Assembly: GCA_014905635.1 (NCBI GenBank)
Contig: JABVCE010000023.1
Location: 372,001 to 436,000 of the forward strand
Direction: 5' to 3'
DNA length: 64,000 nt
DNA from: Scenedesmus sp. PABB004
Taxonomy: Eukaryota
Shown: piece after piece, positions 12,222 to 24,112 of the stretch
Numbering within the stretch: position 1 is the stretch's first letter
Layout of the letters: each line of letters begins with the position of its first letter
The notes under the pieces: model-generated
Told to the model about the DNA's origin: nothing
Seen by the model: the letters and a program-made list of their open reading frames with translations, nothing else
Database searches by the model: none
Position numbers and translations under genes: made by a program

Positions 12222-14943
12222 GGTGCAACTGCTTCACCCCTGCATCAACTCGACTCGTGCACGCGCACGCAAGTGACGCGTGGCGCCGCCCGCGCCGCGC
12301 TGCGGCCAGGCCCGCCGCACGCGCCCCGCCGCGCGCCCTCCAGCCCCTGGCTCGTCCGCCTCGCGGGCCGCCATCAGGAGGCCGCCTTGCACAGCTCCTC
12401 CAGCCGGCGCCACACGTCTGGCGGCGCGCCGGTGGTCGCCTGCGGGGCGGCGATGGCAGCGCCCGCACGCATGAGGGCGGCTGGCGCGGAGCGGGCCGCG
12501 CCGCCGCGCGGCCGTGCAGACGCGCCCAGCCCCGCGGCGCCGCACCGTGATTCCCAGGATGACCCTGCCTCTCTTGTGCAGCGACACACAGAGATGTCAG
12601 CGCCGTCAGCGCCGTGAGGTGCAGCGCGCCGGCGGTGGTCAGACCCCCGCGGCATTCCTGCACCGCAAGCTTGCGCAGCCCCGTCAGGCGGGCGAGCACG
12701 GTCTCCACCTCGTAGCAGATGCAGATGAGGCTGTTGTGCCCGCCGGTCAGCTGCAGGCGCGTCAGGCACGTCAGCGCCAGCAGCCCCTGCAGGCTCAGCG
12801 CCTCGCGATCGCCCGCAACGCCTCGTGTTTGCCCCAGTCGCTGCTGTACGCCAGCATCAGCTCGCACAGCGCGGGGCACGCTGCGGCCAGGCAGTCCACG
12901 TCGGCCTGCGCTGCCGCCAGCTCGTCGTCGTCAAAAAGGCGCGACCCAAAGGCAACCTGCAGCCGCTGCAGGCGTGAAAACACGCGGCCAGCGGGGAAGG
13001 GGTGCGCGCCGGTGCCGCAGGGCAGATACACGCGCCCGCCAGCGTAGCCAAATCCGAAGCCAACGCTGAGGCTCGTCAGCTGGCCGCTCAGCGCGGCCAG
13101 CGGCGCCCAGGCGGCCGCGGGCGGGCCGTCGTGGTTCCCTGGGTTGATGGCTGCGTGCTCGAGCTGCGTGCACGCGCCCACCGCCGCCAGCAGCGCGCCG
13201 CCCTGGGCGCTGAGCTCACACTTGCCCAGCTCCAGGTGCCGCAGGCCCGTGCACGCCGCCAGCGCCGCCGGCGCCAGCTGCAGCCCGTTCAGCTCCAACC
13301 GCGTGAGGCCGGTCGGCAGCTGCGTCGACTGCAAGGAGCGACCCACCTCCCGCACCCGCGGGTGCAGCCGCAGCTCCACCAACGCTGTGAGGGCGCTCAC
13401 GGGCGTCGCCGCCACCTCGCCCGTGAGGCCGAACCCGTCCAGGTTCAGGCACGTGAGCTGCGTCAGGCCGCCGATCGCCACGACCAGCGCTGCCGTCTGC
13501 TCGCTGTTGGCTGCGTCGCGGTCCAGCTCCAGCTCCAGCCGCCGCAGGCGCGTCAGCGCGCCCAGCGACTCCACCACCGCAGCGGCAGCCTGCACTCCTC
13601 TAGCAGCTCCAGGCTGGTCAGCCGGCCCGCCAGCGGCGCCAGCCCGGCGCTGCTGAGCGCTGCCAGGTCTAGGTGCCGCAGGCGCAGCGCCTCCAGCCGC
13701 ACCAGCGCCTCGCAGGGCAGGGCGAGCGAGGGCGACGCCAACAGTGCGTCCAAGAACATGCGGTCCAGCCGCGCCACCTCCAGCCGCGCCACCTGCCCGC
13801 CGCGGGCGCCCAGCCACGCCGCCAGGCCGCCGGCTTGGTGCTGCGTCGCCCAGTTCACATCGATGCTGGTCGTGGCAGCCGCCGCCGCGTCGCGCCAGTC
13901 GCTGCACGGCGCGCAGGCGGTCGGCGAGCGGCACCAACGCCAGCACGTCCGCCAGCAGCTCGCGCGGCAGGCCGCCCTGCACTTCGCTGCTGTCGCCCGC
14001 CTGCGCGTGACACGTGCGGCACAGAGCGCGCGGGGGCCTGTGAGGCCGGGCGCGCGGCGGCCGCGGGCGGGGCGGGCGCAGCGAGCAGCGCGCGCCGCCG
14101 CCGCTGCCGGGCGCGCGCCGCTCGCCGCGCGGCCACGGCGGGCCTCGGCAGCGCCAGGGCGGGCGCCCGGGACCGCGCCGGCCGCGGATCACGCGTGCCT
14201 GGCCCGGTCCCGCCCCGCCACAGCGCGCCAGCAGCCGCCCGCTGCTCGAACGCGCCGAGCGCCCGCCCCCGGCTGCCCAGGCCGCCCCGCTCACCGGCGG
14301 CGCGCGGGTCCGGTCGGGCGGCGCCGGGGAGGTGGTGGGACTCGCCATCGTGGCCCGAGCTGGCGCAGCGCAGCGCGGCGGCGGCACGGAGCGTGCCGAC
14401 AGTCGGCCGCTGCTCGCCCGGCGTGCGTGTGCGGGGGCTGCGGAGCACCTGTTGCTGCTCGTGGCGGTGCGGGGCGCAACGGATAAGGGCGGCAGCTGCT
14501 GAGCCGCGCAACGCGGCGCGCTGGGCCCTGCCGGTCAACCGCAGGGCCCGGGCACCCGCGGCCGCGCGCTCGCGGAGCCTGTTGTTACAGCAGCCTGCTG
14601 AGCCTGGCGCCCGGAAGCAGGCCTGTATGGCACGCGGGCGCCGCCGCCCCTCGGTGGCGCCGCGCGTGGCGAGGCCCCCAGCACCGAGCCGCCGACGCCG
14701 CCGGGTCAAAGTGTGTGTGCTAGCTAGGCGGCAGTCGAGCCGCTCCCCTGCCCCGTCCTACCCCCGTCCCGCAGTTCCGAGGCAGCTCACCCCGGCATTG
14801 CCATTCAATGCCATCTAGCCCATGACCCGCGTGACGGGGCTGACGCCGCACCGGGGCGCAGCTCCGCGCCGCGCCGGCGCTCACGCCGCAAACTCCACGG
14901 CCACGTCCGCGCTGCTCGACGCGCCGGGGCCGTCCGCCCAGTT
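12222..14943. repeat. Segmental duplication unit B (partner at about 2535-5207)
   Basis: Contains F-box/LRR copy 2 plus a copy of the last codons, stop and 3' UTR of the Ig-repeat gene. Confidence 0.9.
12374..14348 (-). pseudogene. F-box/LRR copy 2 (truncated or pseudogene)
   Basis: Same exon structure as copy 1 (ATG 14348, exon 2 from 14000). An insertion near 12800-12825 gives ...KHEALRAIARR* with a stop at 12795. The last donor is also out of phase relative to copy 1. Confidence 0.75.
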
Positions 14944-15012
14944 CGGCGACCAGTTTGGTTCCCACGCGCCGCAAGGGCAGCCGCGGCTGGGCCGCCTCGA
15001 GGCGGCGTGAGC

Positions 15013-17424
15013 TCAAGGCCGGCCCTCCTTCCAGAGCTTCAGCCCCAGCCAGCGCCGCGCGCTGCGCAGCGCCGCCGCGTCGGCGGCGCCGTCGCCGCCG
15101 GCGTCGCCGTAGGGCGCGCCGAGGCGGAGCTCCTTCACGTGCGCGACCATGAGCGGGCTGCTCGCCGCCGACGGCGTCGGCCGCAGCAGGCCCGTGGGGC
15201 TGCCCGCGCGCGCCGGCGGGCCGCCGTCGCGCGGCGTGACCAGGTTGGTGGTGGCCGGCCAGCCGCGCGGCGAGGCCGCGCCCGCGCCCGCGCCCGGCGG
15301 CGGCTTGCCCGCCATCAGCGCGGCGCCGCGCTTCAGCGCCGGCGCGGCCGGCGCCGCGAGCGCCGCCGCCGCCGCCGCGGTGCGCGCGGCGGCGGCGGCG
15401 AGGCGGGGCGAGGTCCGGCTCGCGGCGTAGCCCCGCGCGCCCGGCGCGTCCTTGGCCAGACGGCTGCCCGCGGCGGCGGGCGCCGGCGCGGCCGCGTCCT
15501 GCGCGGCGCCGCGCGGCGCCGCGGCGGGCGCCGCGGCCGCGGGCGCGGCCGCGGGCGCGGCCGCGAGCGGGGCCGCGCTGCTGCCGCTGGTCGCGCCCGC
15601 CTTGGCCGCCTTGGCCGCGTAGCCGGGCGCCGGCGGCGCCGGCGGCGCGCCCGCGGCCGCGGTCGCGGGCAGCGCGCGCAGGGAGCGGCGCGCGCGGTAG
15701 GTGTTGATCCAGGGGTGGTGCAGCAGCGACAGCACGCTCGGCCGCGCGCCCGCGTCCTTGGTGAGCGCGGAGGCGATGAAGTCGCGCGCCGCGTCGCTCA
15801 TGCCGCGCGGGAACGCGGGCGTGCCGCCCCGGATGCGCGCCTCGACGCGGTCGCGGCTGCTGTCGTAAAACGGCGGGCACCTGGCGGGCATGTGTGTGTG
15901 TGTGGGGGGGGGGGAGGTGGGTCAGCGCTCGCCCAGCGCGGCCAGCGCGTCGCGCGGCGGGCGGCCAGCGCGCCGCAGCCTCCCCGCGCGGCAGGCGGGC
16001 GTGCGGGGTGGCGGCGCCTCACCCCACGAGCAGCTCGTACGCGAGCACGCCGACCGCCCACGAGTCGACGGTGCCGCCGTAGTGGAGGTGCGCCTTGTCC
16101 TTGTTCTCCTCGGGCTTGTTCTTGTAGGGGCAGTCCAGCACCTGGCGGGGACACAGACCGGGCGCGCGCATCGGCAGCGGCGGCGGGAGCGGAGAAAGCC
16201 TCGGGGCGCTGCGCCAGCGCCGCAGCGCGCAGCCGCCCCTGCCCCCCCCCCTTGGCGCCCTGGCGCCCGCCCCGCTCCGCCGCCCGGCGCCCCGCGCCGC
16301 CCCCCCCCCCCCCGCCGGCCTCCCTCAGTCCCGCCCAGCCGCGCGCCGCGCACCTCTGGGGCCATGTAGTCGAGCGTGCCCGCGCGCGTGACGGCGCGCT
16401 CGCGGCGCAGGTCGATCGCCAGCCCAAAGTCGGCGAGCTTGAGCGCCATGGACCCGCTGAAGAGGATGTTCTCGGGCTTGATGTCGCGGTGGATGATGCC
16501 GCGCGTGTGCAGGTACTGCGGCGCGCGCGCACGGGGCGGCCGCCAGCGCGGCGCGGTCAGCGCGCGCGGGCCGTGCGCCGCCGCGCCGCCGGCCGCCGCT
16601 GCGCGCGCGGCGCGGCGCGCGTCCGCACCTGCAGGACGCGGAGGAAGGGCTCGAGCACGAGCTGCACCGCGACGTGCTCGCTCAGGCGGCCGCCGTACTT
16701 TTGCAGCAGCTCAAACAGGTTGCCGCCGCTCGCATACTCCTGGACCAGCACCACGAAGTCGCCCTCCTGGAATGCGGCGCTGAGGGCGACCACGTTTTCG
16801 TGCGCGAGGCTCGCGTGCAGGCCGACCTCCCGGAAGATCTGGTGCTGGTAGAGCTCGCAGATGGCGGAGAGCTGGTAGCTCTTGAGCACCACCACCTCGC
16901 CGCTCGCCTTGCACACGGCCTTGTACACTGCGGCGGCGCGGCGCGGCGCGCGTCATCGGCCGGGCGCGGCGCGGCGCGCGCCTGGCCGGCTGCTGGCGTC
17001 GCCGGCCAGCAAGCGCGGGCGCGCGGGCAATGGGTGTTTGCTCACCCTTTGAGGCGTAGCCGGTGTAGAGCTTCTCCACGATGGTGTAGTCAAAGCTGCT
17101 CCACTTGCACCGCTGCATCGGGCCCGGCAGCGCCGGCGAAACCGCGAGCATGCGGTGCGCGTTCAGGCGGATGGGGTCCGAGGGGCTGAACTGCAGCGTG
17201 CACCCCGGCGCGGTGCTGGCGGCGCTGTCCATGCTGTCCAGGGTCTCCAGGCTGCCGCTGCCGGCGCCAGAGTCGGCGTCGCCGCTCGCCGCGGTGCTGG
17301 CCGCCCGGAACGCCGGAATGAGCTGCCCCATGGGCGAGTCGCCGCTGTCGCCGAGCGTGGCCAGGATTTTGGCCAGCCCCTGGGGCGCCTGCGCCTGCAC
17401 GGCGGTGCCCGAGGGCGCGTCCAT
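15013..17424 (-). CDS. Aurora-like Ser/Thr protein kinase
   Basis: KLYTGYASKVYKA, VVLKSY, IIHRDIKPENILF, LADFGLAIDL..RAGTLDYMAPE, VDSWAVGVLAYELL and ARDFIASALTKDAGARPS..HHPWI. Confidence 0.9.
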
Positions 17425-18239
17425 CTCCCCCGGCCCAGCGGCACGCGCACGGGCGCTGGGCTGCCGCCGCTGGTCGCGGTGAGCTGGGTGTGCTGCACAC
17501 GCCCAGAGGGCGCAGGCCAGCAGCTCCCGGGCCCCCAGGGACGGGGGGCGCGCGACGCGTACTGCGGCCCGCGGCGCGGCCAAGGCGCGGCAAGGCGCGG
17601 CGTGGCGTGGGGCCTGAAGTGGTGAGAAAGGCCGGGGGGAGGAGCTGGGGGCGTCGCGCCTTGGAGCGGGAGAGCCCGGCCGGCGAGCAGCAAGTCAGCG
17701 GGCGCAACTGCCAGCGAGCAGCCCCCGCCAAACCGCGCCCCGCGAGCGCGCCCCGAGATCTCGGCTCGGGTAGACACGGCGGCCAGAAGGCACGCGCGCA
17801 CTCCTTCTCGCGGGCAGCGGCGGTGCCGAGGCGCCCGCACTGCTGCCGCTGCCGCTGCCGCTGCCGCTGCCGCTGCCGCCGGCGCGGAGACCGCTCGCTC
17901 AACGCTTACTCGCTCGCCGCCTGCCAAGCCCGACTCACCGCAGGGGGCGGCGCTGCAGCAGGCGCCTCACCGCCCACCCGCCCGCGGCGGGCCCGCGGCG
18001 CGCCGGCGCGCCCACCCGCGCCGCCGGGGCCCGCCGTTTGTTGTTGGGTGTCAGAGGGCCCCCTCAGGGCTCCCCAGGGTGATGTACAGTCAATCGTCCG
18101 CGCCACCGGGCCAGCGGGCGCCGCGCCGCCGTGCGGAAAACCGGCTCGCCGCGACCAGCCAGCCGCCGGCCCGCGCCACACCCGCGGCGGCGCGCGGCGC
18201 GCGCCCCGCTGCCCGCCCGCCCGCGCTCGCTCCCGCGCC

Positions 18240-19226
18240 TCACTGCGCGGCGCCGTCGCCGCCGGCGCCGCCGGCGTCGCCGCCAGCGTCGGCGCTGCCC
18301 TTCTTGCCGACCCACTTTGCGACGACGGGCGTGAGCGCGACGGTCGGCGGGAAGCGCACCGGGCTGAGCGCCTTGTGCGCGGCGTACGCGATGGCAAAGG
18401 TGCCGACCTTCTCGCTCGTGTCGCTCACGCTCAGGCCAAACCGCGACAGCAGCGCCGCCACGTCAACGCCTGTGGCGCGCGCGCGGGCGGGCCGTTGGCG
18501 GCGGCGCGCGCGCCGGGCACGCCCGCACCGCGCACCGGTGCGCAGCGCCCGCGCGCGCTGGCTCCGCGCTGGCGGCGGTGCCTTTGCGCACCCGCGCTGA
18601 CGGCGGCGTAGCAGGCGGCAAAGGAGACGAGGGCAAAGGAGATGGAGGTGAGCAGGTAGGCGCTGCCGTACTGCGCGAGCAGCGCCTTGGCCTGCGCGGT
18701 GCGGCTCGGCGGCGCGCCCTCCTCCTGCTTGCTCGTCAGCACCTGGTACAGCCCCGCCTCGAGGCCGTACTTCTCGGTCGTCGCCGCGGGGTCGGGCGTG
18801 GCGGCCGGCTCGGCCGTCTTGACCTGCAAAGCGGCCGCGCGCGACCGGCGCAGCGTGGGCCGCCGGGGCGCCGGCGCCGCGCCCGCCGCGCCCGCCGCGC
18901 CTGCTGCTGCCGCGGCGGCTGCTTCGACTGCACCCCGCCGCCGACCGCGCGTCGCACCTCGTCGGGCGCGCCCGCGCGGGGCGGCCGGCAGCACTGCCTG
19001 CGTGGCCGAGCAGCAGCAGCCGGCGCCCTGGCCAATCGCGGCCGCACATTGAGTGGTCCGGGTGCGCGTATGCGGGGTCAGCGTCAGAGGAGCGCGAAGG
19101 GCCATTGCGCGCGCGCATGCGGCCGCCAGCGCGCGCGCACCGGTGTGCGAGGGCCCCTGGCCATCGCGCCCGCCGGCCGCCCCCCACCAGCGCGGCGCCG
19201 CGCTGGTGCGTGGCCGCCAGCTGCAT
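18240..19226 (-). CDS. DUF1279 (FAM210-like) membrane protein, probably plastid-targeted
   Basis: LLAQYGSAYLLTSIS, AGVDVAALL and GTFAIAYAAHKALSPVRFPPTVALTP. Confidence 0.85.
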   Translation of the reverse strand: MQLAATHQRGAALVGGGRRARWPGALAHRCARAGGRMRARNGPSRSSDADPAYAHPDHSMCGRDWPGRRLLLLGHAGSAAGRPARARPTRCDARSAAGCSRSSRRGSSRRGGRGGRGAGAPAAHAAPVARGRFAGQDGRAGRHARPRGDDREVRPRGGAVPGADEQAGGGRAAEPHRAGQGAARAVRQRLPAHLHLLCPRLLCRLLRRRQRGCAKAPPPARSQRARALRTGARCGRARRARRRQRPARARATGVDVAALLSRFGLSVSDTSEKVGTFAIAYAAHKALSPVRFPPTVALTPVVAKWVGKKGSADAGGDAGGAGGDGAAQ

Positions 19227-19611
19227 GCCGGCGCTGTGGCGTGCGCTGGGCGTCGGGCGCGGCTCCGCGGCCGCTGGAAGATGCCGCCGCTGCCGCCGGC
19301 GCCGGCCGCTGGGTGTCGGCGCGCGGGCTGAGAGCACCGGGCGCGACGCGAGGGGCTGCGGGGGTGGTGGTGGAGACTGTGGCGCCAGCCCGGCGCTGGC
19401 GCGCGGCCCTGCCGCGCCGTGGCCGCTGAGCCCCACTTCGCCGCACGACGGAGCGTCAGCGGCTCGCGGGAGCGCCGCCTCCCCCGCCTGGTCTACACGC
19501 GCGCGCTGCCCACTGAGCCCCCTGTGCCCCTCTTCCCCCCCCCCCCCCCGAGCCCCACCACCCGCCGCCGTCCCGCCGCCGCGCCCCCGCCCGCCCGCCG
19601 CCTCGCAGCGA

Positions 19612-21778
19612 TCATGCGCCGCCGGCCGCCTTTTTGCGCGCCGCCTCCTCGGCCTTGGCCCTGTCGGTCGCGAGGCTGTAGAGGTAGGTGCCGGCGATCG
19701 CGACGAGGCTGCCGAGCCAGTTGAGGGGGGAGACGGGGTTGCGGAAGAACAGGACTGCGCTGACGACCACGGCGACGCGCTTCATGGTGTTGCCGACGCT
19801 GAACGTCACGGGGCTCACGCCCGCGTCGAGCACCATGTACGACGCCTTCCGGGGTTTAGGGGGTTAAGGGGGGAGGGGGGTTTAAGGGTTTAAGGGTTGT
19901 GTTGGGTGGAGGTGGCGTGGGGTGGGGTGGGGTGTGACGCCGCCCAGGCGCCCGGCCACTGGCAACGCCTCCTCAAGCCCCCGCCCTCACACCACCCACA
20001 CCCACCCACCCCCCTAAACCCTAAACCCCACACACCCACCTGGTTGTAGAGGTGATAGAACAGCCCCGACGCGCCCAGCAGCTGCAGCAGGCCGGGCAGG
20101 CCCAGCGCCGCGACCGCGCCCTCCCACGCGCCCGCCCACGCGCCGCGCTCCGCGAGCAGCGCGGCGGGGACGCAGAAGGGCAGCGAGGCGATGGAGATGA
20201 GGCCGAAGAGGTTGATGCCGTCAACGTGCTGGTGCGGGGGAGGGGGGGGGGTGTTGAGCAGGGGGCGTGCACGCGTGTGCGTGTTGAGCAGGGGGAGGGG
20301 GTGCGTGAGCGCCGGGCGCGCGGCCGCCGAGGCCCCCGCCACGCTGCCGCCCTCCCATGCCCCCCCCCCCCCACACACACACCGCACCTTGTAGTCGTTG
20401 AGCGACTTCTTTGAAAGTATGTTGCGCAGCACCATGCCCAGGTTGCTGATCATGGCGTTGTTAAACCCCGCCCAGCTGAACGAGACCTCCTTCAGCGCAG
20501 ACAGGCTGCACCCGCCCACGATCGGCAGCAGGCTCGCCCACACGTACCTGCGACGACGCAGGGCCCGGACGCGGCCGCGGCGGCGGGCGCCCGCGTTGGC
20601 GGCGGCCGCGTTGGCGGCGCGAGTGCGCACGCGCGCGCATGGTGGGCGCGGCCGGAAGGGTGCGGGCGCGTGGCTGGCACAGCGCCCCCCAGCCTCAGCG
20701 CCCCCCAGCACCCCCCCCCCCAAAAAAAAACCCCTGCCTGGCTGTCGGCCCGCCGGCGGGCGCGCGCGCACCAGGGGTACGTCGTGCCGAGCAGGGGCCC
20801 CGACAGCAGCACGCTGAACACGGGCTCCGCGCTCTTGACGATGTGCGCGAACGACACGGCCACCTGGCTGAAGCTCACGCACGCTGACACGTGGCCGACC
20901 GTGTGGAACAGCGCGACCGGCAGCAGCGCGGCCAGGAAGCGGCGGTCGACGCGCGGCGCGGGCTGCAGCCCGCTGGCCCACAGCACGGCCATGAACAGCG
21001 CGCTCGCCACTGTGGCCGCGCGCGAGGGGGGAGCGTTTGGAGGGGCGGGGCGGGGCGCGAGGCGTCAGCGGCGGCGGCGGCGGCGCGGCTGCTGCGGCGG
21101 GCGCGGAGCTGTGCGGCGCGGTGCGGCGTGTGTCACCGAGCTGCCACGTCGCGATGGCCCAGGGGCAGGGGAAGGCGTTGAGGGCGGACTTGTTGAGCAG
21201 GTTGAACACGATGTTGAAGCCGTACCTGTGGTGTAGGGTTCAGGGTGTGGTGCTCAGGGTTTAGGGCCTGCGCGCCGCCGCCCTACTCTGCCCCCGCGCC
21301 CCCGCCCCCGCCCCCGCCCGCCCCGCCCCGCTGGGGCGCGTGGCGCGCGCGCACCAGAGCAGGATATAGGTGGGCACCCGCCACGCGGCGCGCTCGGGCG
21401 CGGGCGTGGGCACCGCCGCGCCGCCCGACGCCGCGGCGCACGCGACGCGCCGCGGCGCGGGCGCCGGCGCGGGCGCCGGCGCCGGCGAGCCGCTCGACGG
21501 CTGCTCGCGCGGCGGCAGGCCCTGCGGGCGGCGCGGCGGGCGGCGCGGCGCGTCGAGCCCCGGCCGCGGCGACGGCGGGGCCACCCCGCGCGCGCGCGCC
21601 GCCGCCGCTCTCGGGCCCAGCTCACCAGCTTCAGCGGCCGCGGCGCGGCGGCCGCCCAGTGCGGCCGCGGCGCGCTGGCCGCCGCCCAGCGCGGCGCGGC
21701 GGCAGCAGCGGCGGCCCGCGGCGGCGCAGCCGCCGCGGCGGGGCCGCGCAGGCCGCTGCGCGCTCCCGCGGCGTGCAT
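19612..21778 (-). CDS. Plastid phosphate translocator (TPT family, XPT/GPT-like)
   Basis: [57 protein letters not shown] and [18 protein letters not shown]. The N-terminus resembles a transit peptide. Confidence 0.92.
19851..20030. repeat. Degenerate telomere-type (TTTAGGG) motifs in opposite orientations at the two ends of an intron
   Basis: gggtttaggg...tttaagggtttaaggg at 19851-19897 and ccctaaaccctaaaccc at 20012-20028. Confidence 0.7.
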
Positions 21779-22189
21779 GGCGTCGGGCTGGCAGGCGCCT
21801 GGGCGGCGATCGGCGCGCGGCGCAGCACCGCGAGGGCTGTCGGTTGCGCTCCGCGCCGCCGCCGCGGGACGCGCGCGTGGCTGGACGAGCGTCGTGTGGC
21901 AGAGTGGGAGTGGCGGAGTGCGAGGGCGGCGCCCGCGGGCGCCCTGCGCGACGCCGCGACGAGCGCGGCGGCGCAGCGGCGGCGGCTCAAGCAAAATGCC
22001 GCGCGCGCCACAACGGACCATTCGGCGCCCCCGCGCGGCGCTCGGCGCGCAGTGCGCATCGATTCGCCCCTTATCGGCATTGCTGCGACACCCGCCGACG
22101 CCGGCACCCTGGCCCGCGACCAGCGGCCGCCGCTGCTCGCCGCCCCGCCCCGCGCGTGCCCGCCGGCGGCGCCGGGCGCTTGCCCAGTG

Positions 22190-23836
22190 ATGATGGCGGT
22201 CGCCCCGGCGCGCTGCTGCCGCGGGGCGGCGCCGCCTGGCGCCGCGCGCGCGCCGGCGGCGGCACCGGCGGCGCGGGTGCGCCGGTGCCGCCCGGTCGCG
22301 CCGCCCCTGCGCGCCACGGCTGCCGGCGGCGCCCCGGACCTGGACCTGGACGGTCTCTACAGAGGCGGCGAGCCAGTGCCCTACGTCGGCGCAGTGCGGG
22401 CTGTGCGGCTCAAGGCGGGCGTGGGCGTCGAGGCGACGCGAACAGTGCCGGCGGGCGAGACGCTGCTGGTGTCGGTGCCGCTGGCGCTGCTGGCGCACGA
22501 CAGCGACGCCCTGGACGACGCGGGCGAGGGCGGCGACGCGCCATACACGCCGAGCGACGCCGACGTGGACGCGCTCGCGGAGCAGCTCGCCGCGGCGCGC
22601 GGCGCGCGGGCGCAGGCGCGGCGCGGCGACGGCAGCGGCCGGCGGCGCGCGCTCTGCGGGTGCCGCGCGGGAGCATCCCCGGGCCAGGTCGCAGATGCCG
22701 TCCGCGCCACCAGCGCCACCACCACAGCCGCCACCACAGCCGTCGCCGCCGGCCGCCGCCCGCCGCGCAGGCCTGGCTGCAGCACCTTGACGACGGCAGC
22801 CTCGACGCGCCGGGCGGCGGCGCAGCGCAGCCGCCTGACCTCGCGGCGCTCGCGGCGCTGCGCGGCGACGGCGGCGGCGGGGGCGAGGCGGCGCGCGGCG
22901 ATGACGCGCTGCTGGACGTGGCTGACGTGGCCGCGCGCGCTCTGGAGGAGGACGGCGCGCTCGCGGTGCTGTCGCGGCGCGCGCCGCGCACGCTCGTGGG
23001 CGTGTGGCCGGAGCTGAGCCTCGTGCCGCACAGCTGCGCGCCCAACGCCGCGCTCGTGGCGCACGGGGGCGCGGCGGTCGTGACGGCGGCGCGGGCCGTG
23101 CCAAAGCAGTCGGTCGTGAGCGTCAACCTGCTCGGCAGCGCCGCGCTCGCGCCGCTGGACGCGCGCGCGCGCCTGCTGTCGGCGGCGACGGGCGCGGCGT
23201 GCGCCTGCCCGCGCTGCCGCGACGAGGGCCGGCAGGACGCGCAGCTGCGGGCGCTGGTCGCCGACGTCCACGAGGCGTGCGAGCTCCAAATCGCGCCGGA
23301 GCTGGCCGACGCGGTCGAGGCCGACGACGGCGCCGCGCTGGAGGGCCTGCGCGACCAGCTGGCTTCGTTCTGCGAGGTCGTGGACGCGGGGTTTAGCAAG
23401 CTGGGGGTGAGCCCCGGCAGCCAGGTGTGGCTGCAGGCGAGCCTGTTCAAACTCTACGAGCTCACCGCCGTCGCGACCGCCGCGTGCGGCGAGGTCGACG
23501 CGCGCCTGCTCGCACTACTTGCCGCGCTCGCGGGTGAAGTGGTGCCCGGCAGCGCGGAGCACGTCTTCTGGGCGCGCCAGTACCGGTGAGCGACCGCGCC
23601 GCCGGCGCGGCGCGGCGCGGCCCCCGCTGAGCGCGCGCGCCGGCGCGGCGGCGGGGCGCAGGGACGAGGTCGCGGCGGACGAGGAGGCGGCGTTTGACGG
23701 CGGGCTGCGGGAGGCGGAGGCCCAGCTTCGTGCCGCGGTCTGCGCGCGCTACGGCGCGAGCATCGGCCGGGAGCTCTGCCTGCAGCTCGCGGCGGGCACA
23801 GAGGACGGCGGCGGCGAGGACGAGGACGAGGAGTGA
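22190..23836 (+). CDS. SET-domain (SMYD-like split SET) protein with transit peptide-like N-terminus
   Basis: GVGVEATRTVPAGETLLVSVPL (SET-N), GVWPELSLVPHSCAPNA..VTAARAVPKQ (SET-C) and post-SET CACPRC. Confidence 0.8.
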
Positions 23837-24112
23837 GGGGAGTGAGGGTGGGCGGGGCGTAACGGACCTGCCGCGCGCCCCGACCGGCCGAGCGCAAGGC
23901 GGCGCGTTGCAACTCGCGGCGGCCGCCGCCGTGCGGCCCGACTCGCGCGCACGCGGTCGCCGCCGCTTTATTTCGTGGCGCCGACTGTTGCAGTCGGCGC
24001 GCCACGGTCATGCTGTGTGCTGCGACCCTCCCGCTCGCCGCTGCCGTCGTTCGTTGACACGGGCAGCGGGAGGGCTTGAGAGCAGCGGGAGGGTTGCCGG
24101 CGCTCTCCCAGC

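Noticed and set aside
2535..14943. F-box/LRR units as autonomous transposons or LTR pairs
   Set aside because: No transposase, RT or Rep/helicase, and no convincing TIRs or target-site duplications. The copies keep their introns, which argues against retroposition.
19851..19897. A true chromosome end or fusion site
   Set aside because: Only a few degenerate units are present, inside an intron of an intact gene.
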